A stretch of DNA of 64,000 nucleotides, taken from positions 1 through 64,000 of the forward strand of contig JBCCQY010000028.1 of NCBI GenBank assembly GCA_039208735.1, read 5' to 3'. The stretch comes from Myxococcota bacterium (lineage in GTDB: Bacteria; Myxococcota_A; UBA796; GCA-2862545). The position numbers were made by a program, and so were the translations under genes. Under the pieces are notes generated by a model, which saw nothing but the letters and a program-made list of their open reading frames with translations, was not told where the DNA came from and made no database searches. Below, piece after piece: positions 29,472 through 38,577 of the stretch (positions are counted from its first letter, which is position 1; every line of letters begins with the position of its first letter).

Positions 29472-30653
29472 ATGGATGCGACGCCGAGGCGGCGAGCCGT
29501 CCCCATCGAGGTCCCGTCCCCTCGCTACGTCGTGTGGGAACTCACGCTGCGCTGTGACCTCGCTTGTCGCCATTGTGGGTCTCGCGCCGGAGGAGCCCGT
29601 GAACGCGAACTCTCCCTGGCCGAGTGCCGCGACGTGGTCGACGAGCTGGTCGCCCTCGGTACGCGCGAAGTCGTGTTCATCGGGGGAGAGGCGTATCTGC
29701 ACCCTCACTGGCTCGGGGTGGTTGAACATGCCGCGGCACAGGGCCTCCGTTGTCTAATGACGACCGGCGGACGCCGATTCACGCCCGCGCTTGCCGAACG
29801 TGCGGCCGCGGCCGGTTTGGCCCAGATCAGCGTCTCCATCGACGGATTAGAGGCGACACACGACCATCTTCGGGCGATTCCGGGTAGCTTTCAGGCCGCG
29901 CTCGACACCCTCCGAAACGCGCGGGCGGCGGGAATTGGCATTACCGCCAACACCCAATTCAATCGGCTGAATCTGCCCGAACTCGAAGAGCTCGCCGACG
30001 TTCTGCTCGATGCCGGTGTTGAAGCGTGGCAAACCCAGATCACAGGTCCTATGGGACGCGCCGCGGACGGTCGGGACTGGCTTTTGCAGCCCTATGACCT
30101 GTTGGACCTCGTGCCTCGCCTGGCCGCGGTCGCACGACGCGCCAAGGACCGGGGCTGTCGGATTGTGGCCGGAAACAACCTTGGCTATTTCGGACCTTAC
30201 GAGTCGGACCTTCGCGCAGGTGGCTACTTTCAGGGCTGCGTGGCCGGGCGCTACGTGCTGGGTATCGAGTCGAACGGCGACATCAAAGGGTGTCCCTCCC
30301 TTCCGAGTGCGCCGTATGTCGGAGGCAACGTCCGCCACCGACCCCTCGCCCAGATCTGGGCCGAGTCCGAACGACTTTCCTTCACTCGGGACAATCGAAA
30401 ATCCGAGCTGTGGGGCCACTGTGCGACGTGCCACTACGCCGAGGTCTGCCAAGGCGGCTGCAGTTGGACCGCCCATACCTTGCTGGGGCGTCGCGGAAAC
30501 ATGCCGTACTGCTACCACCGCGCTGAGCAACTGAAGGCACGCGGCCTTCGCGAACGCGTCCGTCAGGTGGAACGCAGCGAACGGCGACCTTTTGATTTTG
30601 GACGCTTCGAGCTTTGTGAAGAGCCATGGGAGGATGGACATGTGGAAGTGTGA
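29472..30653 (+). CDS. Radical SAM/SPASM domain peptide/protein maturase
   Basis: VWELTLRCDLACRHC (CxxxCxxC), GGEAY, SISIDG-like segment; SPASM GCVAG...GDIKGC...CATC...CQGGC...C. Confidence 0.92.
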   Translation: MDATPRRRAVPIEVPSPRYVVWELTLRCDLACRHCGSRAGGARERELSLAECRDVVDELVALGTREVVFIGGEAYLHPHWLGVVEHAAAQGLRCLMTTGGRRFTPALAERAAAAGLAQISVSIDGLEATHDHLRAIPGSFQAALDTLRNARAAGIGITANTQFNRLNLPELEELADVLLDAGVEAWQTQITGPMGRAADGRDWLLQPYDLLDLVPRLAAVARRAKDRGCRIVAGNNLGYFGPYESDLRAGGYFQGCVAGRYVLGIESNGDIKGCPSLPSAPYVGGNVRHRPLAQIWAESERLSFTRDNRKSELWGHCATCHYAEVCQGGCSWTAHTLLGRRGNMPYCYHRAEQLKARGLRERVRQVERSERRPFDFGRFELCEEPWEDGHVEV

Positions 30654-31398
30654 GACGTGTGAGCGGCATGTGCTGCCGGTGGTGCAGGTGTGCCCCTTCT
30701 GCACGACGCTGCGGGTCGCAAGTTGGTCTACCGCAGTCGTGACGCCGATCGTGCTGTCCGCGTGCTACGGCGCCCCCCCGTGCGCCGACGACCAAGTGAC
30801 CGACCAGGACAACGATGGCTTCGTCGTGCCGCTCCCCAACCAAGCCTGTTGGCCGGCTGGTGAACCCGACTGCGACGATACCGACGCCACCGTGAATCCT
30901 GGCGCAGCAGAGATCTGCGGCGACGGCATCGACAACAACTGCGATGGCATCGAAGCCGACCCCTCTCAAATCGAAGTCTGCAATGGGCTGGACGACGACT
31001 GCGATGGAGACATCGATGAAGACGACGCCTGCAACTTCAGCGACACGGGGACCGACACCGGCCCGGATGGCCCCTCCACCGCGGCGGCCTCCATCTCCAT
31101 CGACTGGTCGAACGGCCTCACCACGTGCAGCGATGCGGGGGTTCAAACACTGACCATCGCCCTCCGTACGCAGGTCGATCAGCCGGCTTCCGTAAGCCAG
31201 GACGTCGCCTGTGCCGAGACGGTGATCGTGGAAGGGCTGCCCGAAGGAGCGTGGCTCATCGATGCCAAGGGTGAAGCGACCGATGGCCTGCGAACGTGGC
31301 AGAGCGCCTCACGAGTCATCAGCCTGACGCCCGACGAAACCGAATCTACGGGCCTCGAACTGACCTGCAGCGCCGAGGACCCCACCCACTGCGGGTGA
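30640..31398 (+). CDS. Lipoprotein with CxxC...CPFC leader, C-Y-G-A-P-P motif and MopE-related Cys/Asp repeats
   Basis: MWKCETCERHV...CPFC...IVLSACYGAPPC; DCDDTDATVNPGAAEICGDGIDNNCDG; EVCNGLDDDCDG; overlaps the rSAM stop by 14 bp. Confidence 0.75.
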   Translation: MWKCETCERHVLPVVQVCPFCTTLRVASWSTAVVTPIVLSACYGAPPCADDQVTDQDNDGFVVPLPNQACWPAGEPDCDDTDATVNPGAAEICGDGIDNNCDGIEADPSQIEVCNGLDDDCDGDIDEDDACNFSDTGTDTGPDGPSTAAASISIDWSNGLTTCSDAGVQTLTIALRTQVDQPASVSQDVACAETVIVEGLPEGAWLIDAKGEATDGLRTWQSASRVISLTPDETESTGLELTCSAEDPTHCG

Positions 31399-31528
31399 AA
31401 CGCTGGCCCCCGCCGGGTGAACCCCAGATGAAATCCAGCATCTCGGCCCCAAATTCGCGATCGATGGGGCCGGGATTCAGCTTGCTCACGGGCCCTCCTC
31501 CTCCATAGGCAGAGGCTACGGAGGAACC

Positions 31529-32053
31529 ATGTGGATGCTGTTGTGGAGCGCGCTCGGCTGTGGACTGGCGACGTCCCAAGATCTCTGGCTTGACGTTCAG
31601 ATCAAGGAGTCCCCCCAAATCGACGTTCACCTTCCGGCGAACTGGATGCTCGACGCAGAAGAGCCGCTCACCATCGAGACCCCAGACGGCTCCATCGACC
31701 TTCGGGACGAAGCGCGGCAGCTCAACCAGAGTCCGGTCCGAGGGTCCCGGTCCTGGACGCTCGATGAACGCACAAAGCTCACCCTCCGCGAATTGAAGCC
31801 CGGAAAGGCCAAGGCGGAACGCATTCGCGTGGGTGCCTCGGGCCCTCGTGGCTTCGGGCTGGGCATTGGTGTGCCCCTCAACCCCAACAAACTCGGTCCG
31901 GTCCGCACCGCGTTCGATGCCAACCTGGACGTTCATGGGCTCGAGGTGGACTACGGCACTGCGTTTTGCGAACAGCTCGCGCGTTCGGCGCCCACCACCC
32001 TGTTGAAGGTCACGGGTGGCAAGGGGGGCGGCTTCACCGTGGCCACCGAGTAG
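31529..32053 (+). CDS. Hypothetical lipoprotein
   Basis: GGAGG RBS; MWMLLWSALGC. Confidence 0.6.
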   Translation: MWMLLWSALGCGLATSQDLWLDVQIKESPQIDVHLPANWMLDAEEPLTIETPDGSIDLRDEARQLNQSPVRGSRSWTLDERTKLTLRELKPGKAKAERIRVGASGPRGFGLGIGVPLNPNKLGPVRTAFDANLDVHGLEVDYGTAFCEQLARSAPTTLLKVTGGKGGGFTVATE

Positions 32054-32131
32054 CCATCGCGAAGGGGCCACGAAGGAACCACGAAGCGGCCGGTCCGACG
32101 CAGCGCTTATCCCTCTGACATTGGAGGGAAC

Positions 32132-32953
32132 ATGAAAACCGCTCGACTCGCTACGGTTGTTCCGCTGGCCTTATTCGCGAACGCCTGCACCACGCAGGCG
32201 GTCGATGACACCATCAACTTCTCGTTCGACATCGAAATCGAGGACGTCGATTTCAACTGTGTTGAAAACGACAGTGACGTCATCGAAGACAAGGAACGGT
32301 CCATTGGCTTCACCACCACAAGCAACTACGCCTCGTTGGAATGGTGCAGGGTCGGAGGCTACTATCGAGGACCCGTCCTGAGCTTCCAGGAACTGAACGA
32401 CTCGATTCCGGGGGGCGTGCGCGAGTTCCTGTGGACGGACGTGAACGTCGTGCTCAACAGCTTCGACGTGAACATCTCCAACGTCGACACCGTCGTTCAG
32501 GGTTCGTACTTCCTGATGGGCGCCGAAACGGGCACGGAATCCGACATCCCCACCATCGAAAACGATGAATACGGCTACGACGGAGGCCTTGCCATTCCAA
32601 GCCGCCTCGCCGTCCGGTCCCGCGACGGCGCCGCAGGCACCTTGTTCGCCGCCTACACCCCGAATGCCGGTCTTTCCAAGCCCATTGCGTTGGACACCTT
32701 GGTCTCGCTGGTCGGGGGCCAGCTCACCACCGAAGTGGCGGATTCGCGCAACCTCGCCGACGTCTTCAACGCGGCCTACGCAAGCGGCGATGAAGATCTG
32801 TACGTGTTTGGGTCAGGCGTACTCGAAGTCCCCAAGACCTCGCTTCCCAAGACGCCAGGCGACATCACGATTGGGGTGGACATGACCCTCGAGTACCAGG
32901 CCAACGCCAAGATCAACCTGATCGGCGCGGCGCAGTCCCTCAACGACGAGTAG
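32132..32953 (+). CDS. Hypothetical acidic lipoprotein
   Basis: GGAGG RBS; MKTARLATVVPLALFANAC lipobox; strong GC3 codon bias. Confidence 0.7.
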   Translation: MKTARLATVVPLALFANACTTQAVDDTINFSFDIEIEDVDFNCVENDSDVIEDKERSIGFTTTSNYASLEWCRVGGYYRGPVLSFQELNDSIPGGVREFLWTDVNVVLNSFDVNISNVDTVVQGSYFLMGAETGTESDIPTIENDEYGYDGGLAIPSRLAVRSRDGAAGTLFAAYTPNAGLSKPIALDTLVSLVGGQLTTEVADSRNLADVFNAAYASGDEDLYVFGSGVLEVPKTSLPKTPGDITIGVDMTLEYQANAKINLIGAAQSLNDE

Positions 32954-32998
32954 CGAGGCCCCCGGCTCGGTTACAGCCTCACGACCACGGAGGTCACG

Positions 32999-33481
32999 AT
33001 GGATCTAATCGAGCAGCTTGCCAGCACCCTCGGCGTTGACGCAAAGGCCGCACAGGCGGTCGCCGGGGCAGTCCTCGGCGCCACCCGCGAGCAGGTTCCC
33101 GATGAGGAGACCGCCAAGCTCGACGAGGCGGTGCCCGAGATTGGAGATTGGTCGTCCACCGCTGAAGAGATGCTGAAGGCTGCCTCGGGTGACGGGGGCG
33201 GCGGCCTGTTTGGCACGCTTGCACGCATGGCGGGCACCGGGGCAGGCAACGAAATCCTTGGCGCGGTACTCGGCGAAGAAGCCCAAGATACCGCACAGAT
33301 CGTGGCGCTCTTTCAGTCGCTGGGACTCAAGACGGAGCATGCCAGCATGGCCGCTCCCGTCGTGCTCGACTTCCTCGTCGACCGAGTGGGCAAGGAGTGG
33401 ACCGACCGCATCCTCGACGGAGCCCCCATGCTCATGAAGTTCGTCCAGTCGCAGACCACGGATCAGCCTGACAACGGGTGA
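32999..33481 (+). CDS. DUF2780-like small helical protein
   Basis: MDLIEQLASTLGV...AQAVAGAVL; Gly-rich middle segment. Confidence 0.5.
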   Translation: MDLIEQLASTLGVDAKAAQAVAGAVLGATREQVPDEETAKLDEAVPEIGDWSSTAEEMLKAASGDGGGGLFGTLARMAGTGAGNEILGAVLGEEAQDTAQIVALFQSLGLKTEHASMAAPVVLDFLVDRVGKEWTDRILDGAPMLMKFVQSQTTDQPDNG

Positions 33482-34323
33482 GCCCGAAACCACTCGACCA
33501 GGTAGTCCACAAACGCGCGTAGCTTCCGAGGCAGGGGGCGGAGCGGCGGGTACATCGCAAAGACGGCGAAGGCCTGCTCCGTGTCAGCGGGACCGGTGCG
33601 TACCAGCCTTCCTTCGAGTACATCGGTCCTCGCCAAAAACTCTGGCAGAAACCCTAGCCCCAACCCTTGACGCACCATGGCCCGCACGACCAGCATGTCA
33701 TCGGTCCGAAACACGGTGGTGCCGTCTTCGGGCGAAGGTCCTACCCACCGGATGAAGGCGTGCGAGGACGCCTCGTCGGAGCGCCGGAATCGGCCGAACC
33801 GCTGCAGATAGCCAGGTGTCGCGTACAGACCGCCGGAAGCGGAAGCCAAGCGACGGGCCCGAAGCGGGGAATCCGGGAGCGGCTCGAGGGTGACCCGCAA
33901 GGCCACATCGAGGCCCTCGGCCACCAAATCGTGCGACTGACTCGACGCATGAACCACCAGCGACACTCGCGGATACCGCCTTGCAAAGCCGGCGAAGGCT
34001 TCCGCACAGGCCTCGATGGCCAAGTCGTGCGGCACCGTCACGCGGAGTTCGCCGGTGGGCTCATCCCGTTGCTCGGGAACCTCCACGATGGCTCGGTCGA
34101 TGGCGGCGAGCGGCGCCGCCACCCGGGCATAAAAGGCTTCTCCCGCACTCGAGAGGACCACCCGGCGCGTGGTCCGGTGCAAAAGTTGCACCCCGAGTTG
34201 CTCCTCGAGCTTGGCGACCCGACGGCTCACCGACGATCGGGGCAAGCCCAAAGACGCGGAAGCAGCAGTAAATCCACCACGATCCGCTACCTCTACGAAG
34301 ACGCGCACCAACTCGAGATCCAT
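33463..34323 (-). CDS. LysR family transcriptional regulator
   Basis: FVEVADRGGFTAAS...SSVSRRVAKLEEQLGVQLLHRTTR; divergent from the dioxygenase. Confidence 0.93.
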   Translation of the reverse strand: MDLELVRVFVEVADRGGFTAASASLGLPRSSVSRRVAKLEEQLGVQLLHRTTRRVVLSSAGEAFYARVAAPLAAIDRAIVEVPEQRDEPTGELRVTVPHDLAIEACAEAFAGFARRYPRVSLVVHASSQSHDLVAEGLDVALRVTLEPLPDSPLRARRLASASGGLYATPGYLQRFGRFRRSDEASSHAFIRWVGPSPEDGTTVFRTDDMLVVRAMVRQGLGLGFLPEFLARTDVLEGRLVRTGPADTEQAFAVFAMYPPLRPLPRKLRAFVDYLVEWFRAHPLSG

Positions 34324-34413
34324 TCGTGCTTCCACGGCACGAGTCCTGTAGCAACTGCAGCTCTGGTGCCCTGTCAACACGATGCTAGATCAAGGACCTG
34401 ACTTGGAGGCCCC

Positions 34414-35220
34414 GTGTCTGCTCCCACCCGCATGCCGGTCGTGTTCCTGCCCCACGGCGGAGGTCCCTACTCCTACGTCGATTTGGGCCGACCGAAGGAG
34501 GAGGTCGACGCGCTCGCCGGCTACTGGCGAACGATTGGCCCTTCATTGCCCCAGCCCCCACGTGCAGCCCTCGTTGTCTCCGCGCATTGGGAGCAGCCTG
34601 TTCCCACCGTGATGACCTCGCCGAAGCCACCTCTGCTGTTCGACTACTACGGCTTTCCGCCGGCTTCGTACGAGCTGTCCTGGCCCGCACCGGGGTCTGC
34701 CGACCTCGCTCAGCGGGTTCAGGAACTGCTCCGTGCGGCCGACATCCCGAGCGCAACCGACGCCGCGCGCGGCTTTGACCACGGCACGTTCGTTCCGATG
34801 GGTCGCGTGTTTCCTCAGGCGGACGTGCCCACGATCCAGCTCTCGCTGCGCGAAAGCCTCGACCCTGCCGAGCACTTGGCGTTGGGTAAGGCCCTCACCC
34901 CGTTGCGGGATGAGGGCGTTCTCATCGTGGGCAGCGGCATGAGCTACCACAACATGCGCGGCTTCTTCAAAGGCGAAGGATCGAGCGCAGATGCCCGATT
35001 CGATGCCTGGCTACACGAAACGGTTCGGGCCGACCGCGCCACTAGAGATGCCGCACTCCTGAACTGGGCCCACGCGCCCGCTGCGCGCGAGGCGCATCCC
35101 CGTGAGGAACACCTTCTGCCACTCATGGTCGTCGCGGGAGCGGCCGGTGATGACGCAGCAAACGTGCCGTTCCACGGGCGCGTGTTCGGCAAACTCGTAT
35201 CGGCGGTTCATTTCGGCTGA
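34414..35220 (+). CDS. Class III extradiol ring-cleavage dioxygenase (LigB/DODA/YgiD-like)
   Basis: FLPHGGGP, VSAHW, DYYGFP, RGFDHG, GSGMSYHN, HPREEHLLPL. Confidence 0.9.
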   Translation: MSAPTRMPVVFLPHGGGPYSYVDLGRPKEEVDALAGYWRTIGPSLPQPPRAALVVSAHWEQPVPTVMTSPKPPLLFDYYGFPPASYELSWPAPGSADLAQRVQELLRAADIPSATDAARGFDHGTFVPMGRVFPQADVPTIQLSLRESLDPAEHLALGKALTPLRDEGVLIVGSGMSYHNMRGFFKGEGSSADARFDAWLHETVRADRATRDAALLNWAHAPAAREAHPREEHLLPLMVVAGAAGDDAANVPFHGRVFGKLVSAVHFG

Positions 35221-35234
35221 CGTACAATCCACCC

Positions 35235-35954
35235 ATGGTGGACATCGACACAGTCCTGTGGGACACCCTAGAAGACCGGCGCCTGTCGCGTAGCGAGCGA
35301 CGTGCGCTCACCGAGTTGCTGGCGGACCAGCGACCTTCTGAGCTAGCCCTGTGGCGCCACCGCGCCTTCGAGCAAGCCCGCCGTGTCCTCGAGCTGGGTC
35401 AGCCGTCGGCCAACGAGGTCCGACAGGTGGTGGACTGGCTCGAGGAGGTCATTCGAACCATTGCCCACGCCGAACGGCCCCCCGAATCGCCGCGCATGGC
35501 GGAGTCGTTCTTCAGCCCCGGCAAGCGGCCGCTTCACCGCATCACGGGGCTCCTCGAAGCCTCCACCAGTGCCGTCGACATCTGTGTGTTCACGATCACC
35601 GATGACCGCATCGCGGATGTCATCGTCGATACCCACCAGCGTGGGGTCGCGGTCCGCGTGGTCTCGGACGGGCGCAAGGCGGCGGACCTGGGGTCGGACG
35701 TATGCGACCTGCGAAGCATGGGCATCGAGGTCCGTATGGACCATTCTGAGGCCCACATGCACCACAAGTTCGCCGTGTTCGACGACCGGGTGTTGCTCAC
35801 AGGGTCCTACAATTGGACGCGCGCCGCAGCTCGGGAAAACCAAGAGAACGTCTTGGTCACCGATGACTGGCGGCTCACCGAGGCCTACCGGGTGGAGTTC
35901 GAGCGGTTGTGGCGGAGCCTCGAAGGCACCGAGACCGACATCTGCCCGACGTAG
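35235..35954 (+). CDS. Single-HKD phospholipase D family protein (Nuc/MitoPLD-like)
   Basis: HMHHKFAVFD...TGSYNWT...NQEN. Confidence 0.88.
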   Translation: MVDIDTVLWDTLEDRRLSRSERRALTELLADQRPSELALWRHRAFEQARRVLELGQPSANEVRQVVDWLEEVIRTIAHAERPPESPRMAESFFSPGKRPLHRITGLLEASTSAVDICVFTITDDRIADVIVDTHQRGVAVRVVSDGRKAADLGSDVCDLRSMGIEVRMDHSEAHMHHKFAVFDDRVLLTGSYNWTRAAARENQENVLVTDDWRLTEAYRVEFERLWRSLEGTETDICPT

Positions 35955-36911
35955 TCAGGTGACTTCCACTTGGCGGACCCGCAAACGCACAAAGCCCCTG
36001 CGCTTTTCGAGGCACCAAGGGTCGAGACTCGCCCCCCGGAGCTCGGCGCGGATGTTGTGGAGCAACGCCTTGAGTTTGCGCGGTCCCTCATGGCGCGCCG
36101 AGCGACCCCACACGGCCACCCGCACCGACTCGTTGGAACGCCAACCGGGGTCCGTGACCCGCTTGTTGAAGTCGTCGCGCAAGGCTTCGGCGAGGAAGTA
36201 GATCATCGCCACCCGATTGTCAGCGGTCAACGTATGCGATCGACCGGTATCGAGGCAGCGAAAGCGTGCCCAAGGCCCTCGGTCGGGGTCGAAGGCCGTC
36301 TCCACCACGTAGGGATGGCTCGTGTCCTCGTCGGTAGCGGTGGGCAACCAGCCCGCTTCCGCCTCAACAAGACGCAGCTCCACGCCTCCGATGGTGAACG
36401 TCTCCCCAGGCTTGAGGGGCTGGTCTTCATCGTTGATGCCGAGCCAGACTTCGCCGTCAGGATGCGCGATCAGCACCCCTGACACGCCCGACCCTTCGGG
36501 GATGCGTAGATCGGCGTTGGGGTCGTCGCCAATCAAGGTGTGCGATTGTCGTAGGGGAAAGCGAACGCCCGAGCTGACGTCTTCGACCGACATGGAGCGA
36601 AAGGTCTTGGGTTCTCGGGGATCCGCTACCTCAAAGGTGAGTTCCACCTCTTCGATCTGCAGCCTGGTTCCGATCTGCCACTCGGTAGGGTCGGTGATGG
36701 GCTGGCCGTCGAGGCGAGTGCCGTTGCGGCTTCCGAGGTCCTTCACGAAGACCTTGCCTTCGTTCTCCCATACGAGCGCGTGATTCCATGAAACGCGATC
36801 GATGGTGAGAACAAGGTCGTTGTCGGGGCCCCGCCCGATAGCGACCTGGCCTTCGAGAGGGACTGCTTGCTTTGGCCCGGATGCGGGATGGACGAGGAGT
36901 TCAAGTGCCAT
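35955..36911 (-). CDS. FHA domain protein with possible C-terminal winged helix
   Basis: IGRGPDNDL...VSWNHA...DLGSRNGT; C-terminal AVWG...LHNIRAELR...KRRGFVRL. Confidence 0.8.
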   Translation of the reverse strand: MALELLVHPASGPKQAVPLEGQVAIGRGPDNDLVLTIDRVSWNHALVWENEGKVFVKDLGSRNGTRLDGQPITDPTEWQIGTRLQIEEVELTFEVADPREPKTFRSMSVEDVSSGVRFPLRQSHTLIGDDPNADLRIPEGSGVSGVLIAHPDGEVWLGINDEDQPLKPGETFTIGGVELRLVEAEAGWLPTATDEDTSHPYVVETAFDPDRGPWARFRCLDTGRSHTLTADNRVAMIYFLAEALRDDFNKRVTDPGWRSNESVRVAVWGRSARHEGPRKLKALLHNIRAELRGASLDPWCLEKRRGFVRLRVRQVEVT

Positions 36912-36971
36912 ACGGCCAACGAATCGGATCGGGAAGTCGATTCCGATAGACCTGGGCGCAAATTTTTGCGT

Positions 36972-38270
36972 TCAGCGAGCCGTGGACAATGTCCATCCCT
37001 GTGTGATGAGCGCAGGTGCATCCATCGCGCCCCACCGGTCGGTGTCATTGCAGACCTCGACCAGCTTGCCCAGCACCTCGGTGAGCTGTCCCGCGATGCG
37101 GACGTGCCGCATGGACCCCACCGCCTTGTTGGCCTCCATGACCTCGCCATGGACCACCAACGAGGCCTCTCCGGTCGCCAGATCCACGCCGGAGCAGTCC
37201 GGGAGATCGTCGACGCGAAACGAGGGACCTTGCAATTCGGCGAGCAACGCATTGACCGACCGCGTGCCGGACTTCAGCACCAGGTTGCTTGGACCGAGTT
37301 CGCCATTCATGAGATGGCCCGAAGGTCGTACGGAATGGGTCCGTGCTTCGGCGACGGTCACGAACCGGCCGTCGAGGCGACCGTCCCGCAACAGCGTCAA
37401 GGCGACAGGCGAAACCCCTCGGTCATCGAAGGCCCGCGTCGTCAATCCACCGGCGAGCAGACCATCGTCCACCAGGTGGAGCCGAGGGTCCAACGCTTGC
37501 CCTGGCGTGAGGAAGAACGCGCCCTCGGCGATGCGGGCGGCGGTGAAGCCGGGCCCGAGATGCGTGAACAACTGCGCCGTAGCTCGAGGGGTCAGCACGA
37601 CCCGGACGGGACCCTCGGGCAGCCCTTCACCGGGCTGCCGTACCACCCGAGCCCGCCGCGCGAGAAACTCGCCCAAGGGCAGGGTAGCAACTGACGAAAA
37701 TCGCCGCGAGGCAATCCGCTCGTTCAAGACGAAGTCCCCGTCAGGTGCGGTCGCGGTCGCGCTGCCCTGCACCACGAAGCGCGTGCCTGTCTCTTGCAGC
37801 GCAACGCCCCGACTGCTGGCAAACCTGCGGGTCACCTGCTCATCGCGGTAGGAGAAGGAGCCAGGCTCGAGTTCATCGGCGGCGAGCACCGACTGTCGGG
37901 CCGACTTGAGCACATCGGCGCGATGCGTCTCGCTGATGTTGGCCCGACGCGGGTCGAAGATGCCTAGCCCACCGATTTCGCGATCCTGACGCTGGACCGG
38001 TCCATCTTGCGGCGGTCCCGACTCCGCGTTGGCCAGCGCACGCTCAACGACGGCATCGTAAGCATCGGGCGCCCCCGTTGCCGTTCCCGACCGGTCGCCA
38101 TCCAACCAGACCTGGACCGTCAGGGCCTGCGAGGCGCCCGTGGAGTGGACGACCTCGTCACGCTCGAGGACCGCCGTATGCTCTTCGATCAAGGTGAGGC
38201 GTAGCTCTGCTCCCAGAACGCCGCGCGGGCGTAGGTCGGAAGCGCGGTTCGTCAGCTCGGTCAGCTCCAT
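36972..38270 (-). CDS. TldD/PmbA family protein (PmbA-like)
   Basis: DDGLLAGGLTTRAFDDRGV...LLRDGRL, PSNLVL, GVDLATGEAS; no HExxxH. Confidence 0.8.
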   Translation of the reverse strand: MELTELTNRASDLRPRGVLGAELRLTLIEEHTAVLERDEVVHSTGASQALTVQVWLDGDRSGTATGAPDAYDAVVERALANAESGPPQDGPVQRQDREIGGLGIFDPRRANISETHRADVLKSARQSVLAADELEPGSFSYRDEQVTRRFASSRGVALQETGTRFVVQGSATATAPDGDFVLNERIASRRFSSVATLPLGEFLARRARVVRQPGEGLPEGPVRVVLTPRATAQLFTHLGPGFTAARIAEGAFFLTPGQALDPRLHLVDDGLLAGGLTTRAFDDRGVSPVALTLLRDGRLDGRFVTVAEARTHSVRPSGHLMNGELGPSNLVLKSGTRSVNALLAELQGPSFRVDDLPDCSGVDLATGEASLVVHGEVMEANKAVGSMRHVRIAGQLTEVLGKLVEVCNDTDRWGAMDAPALITQGWTLSTAR

Positions 38271-38577
38271 GGCTCCTCGGGGGTCTCGTCCCGACGATAG
38301 CCGGCCCGTAGGCACGGCGTCGCGTTTCCAAGAATCCGATGGCCACGGGGGAGGCGCGGGCGCGCCGCGGAGCGTTGTTTTGCCCGCCCCCGATCCTGAT
38401 GCGAGTTCTCTCGCGGAGCAATCCGCCACTATACCAGATCCTAGCAAGCCCGGTCAGCCCTCGACCCTCTGGAAACGAGACGACCGACAACTTCCCAGGG
38501 ACTTTCGCCCTCTGCTAAAGGGGGGGCGCGGGGCATCCCCACCCTCCGGGGATCCCGACCGTTGACAGGAGCGTGTT

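Noticed and set aside
35235..35954. PLD nuclease as an anti-phage defence gene
   Set aside because: Stand-alone gene among metabolic genes, with no helicase, methylase or defence-island context.
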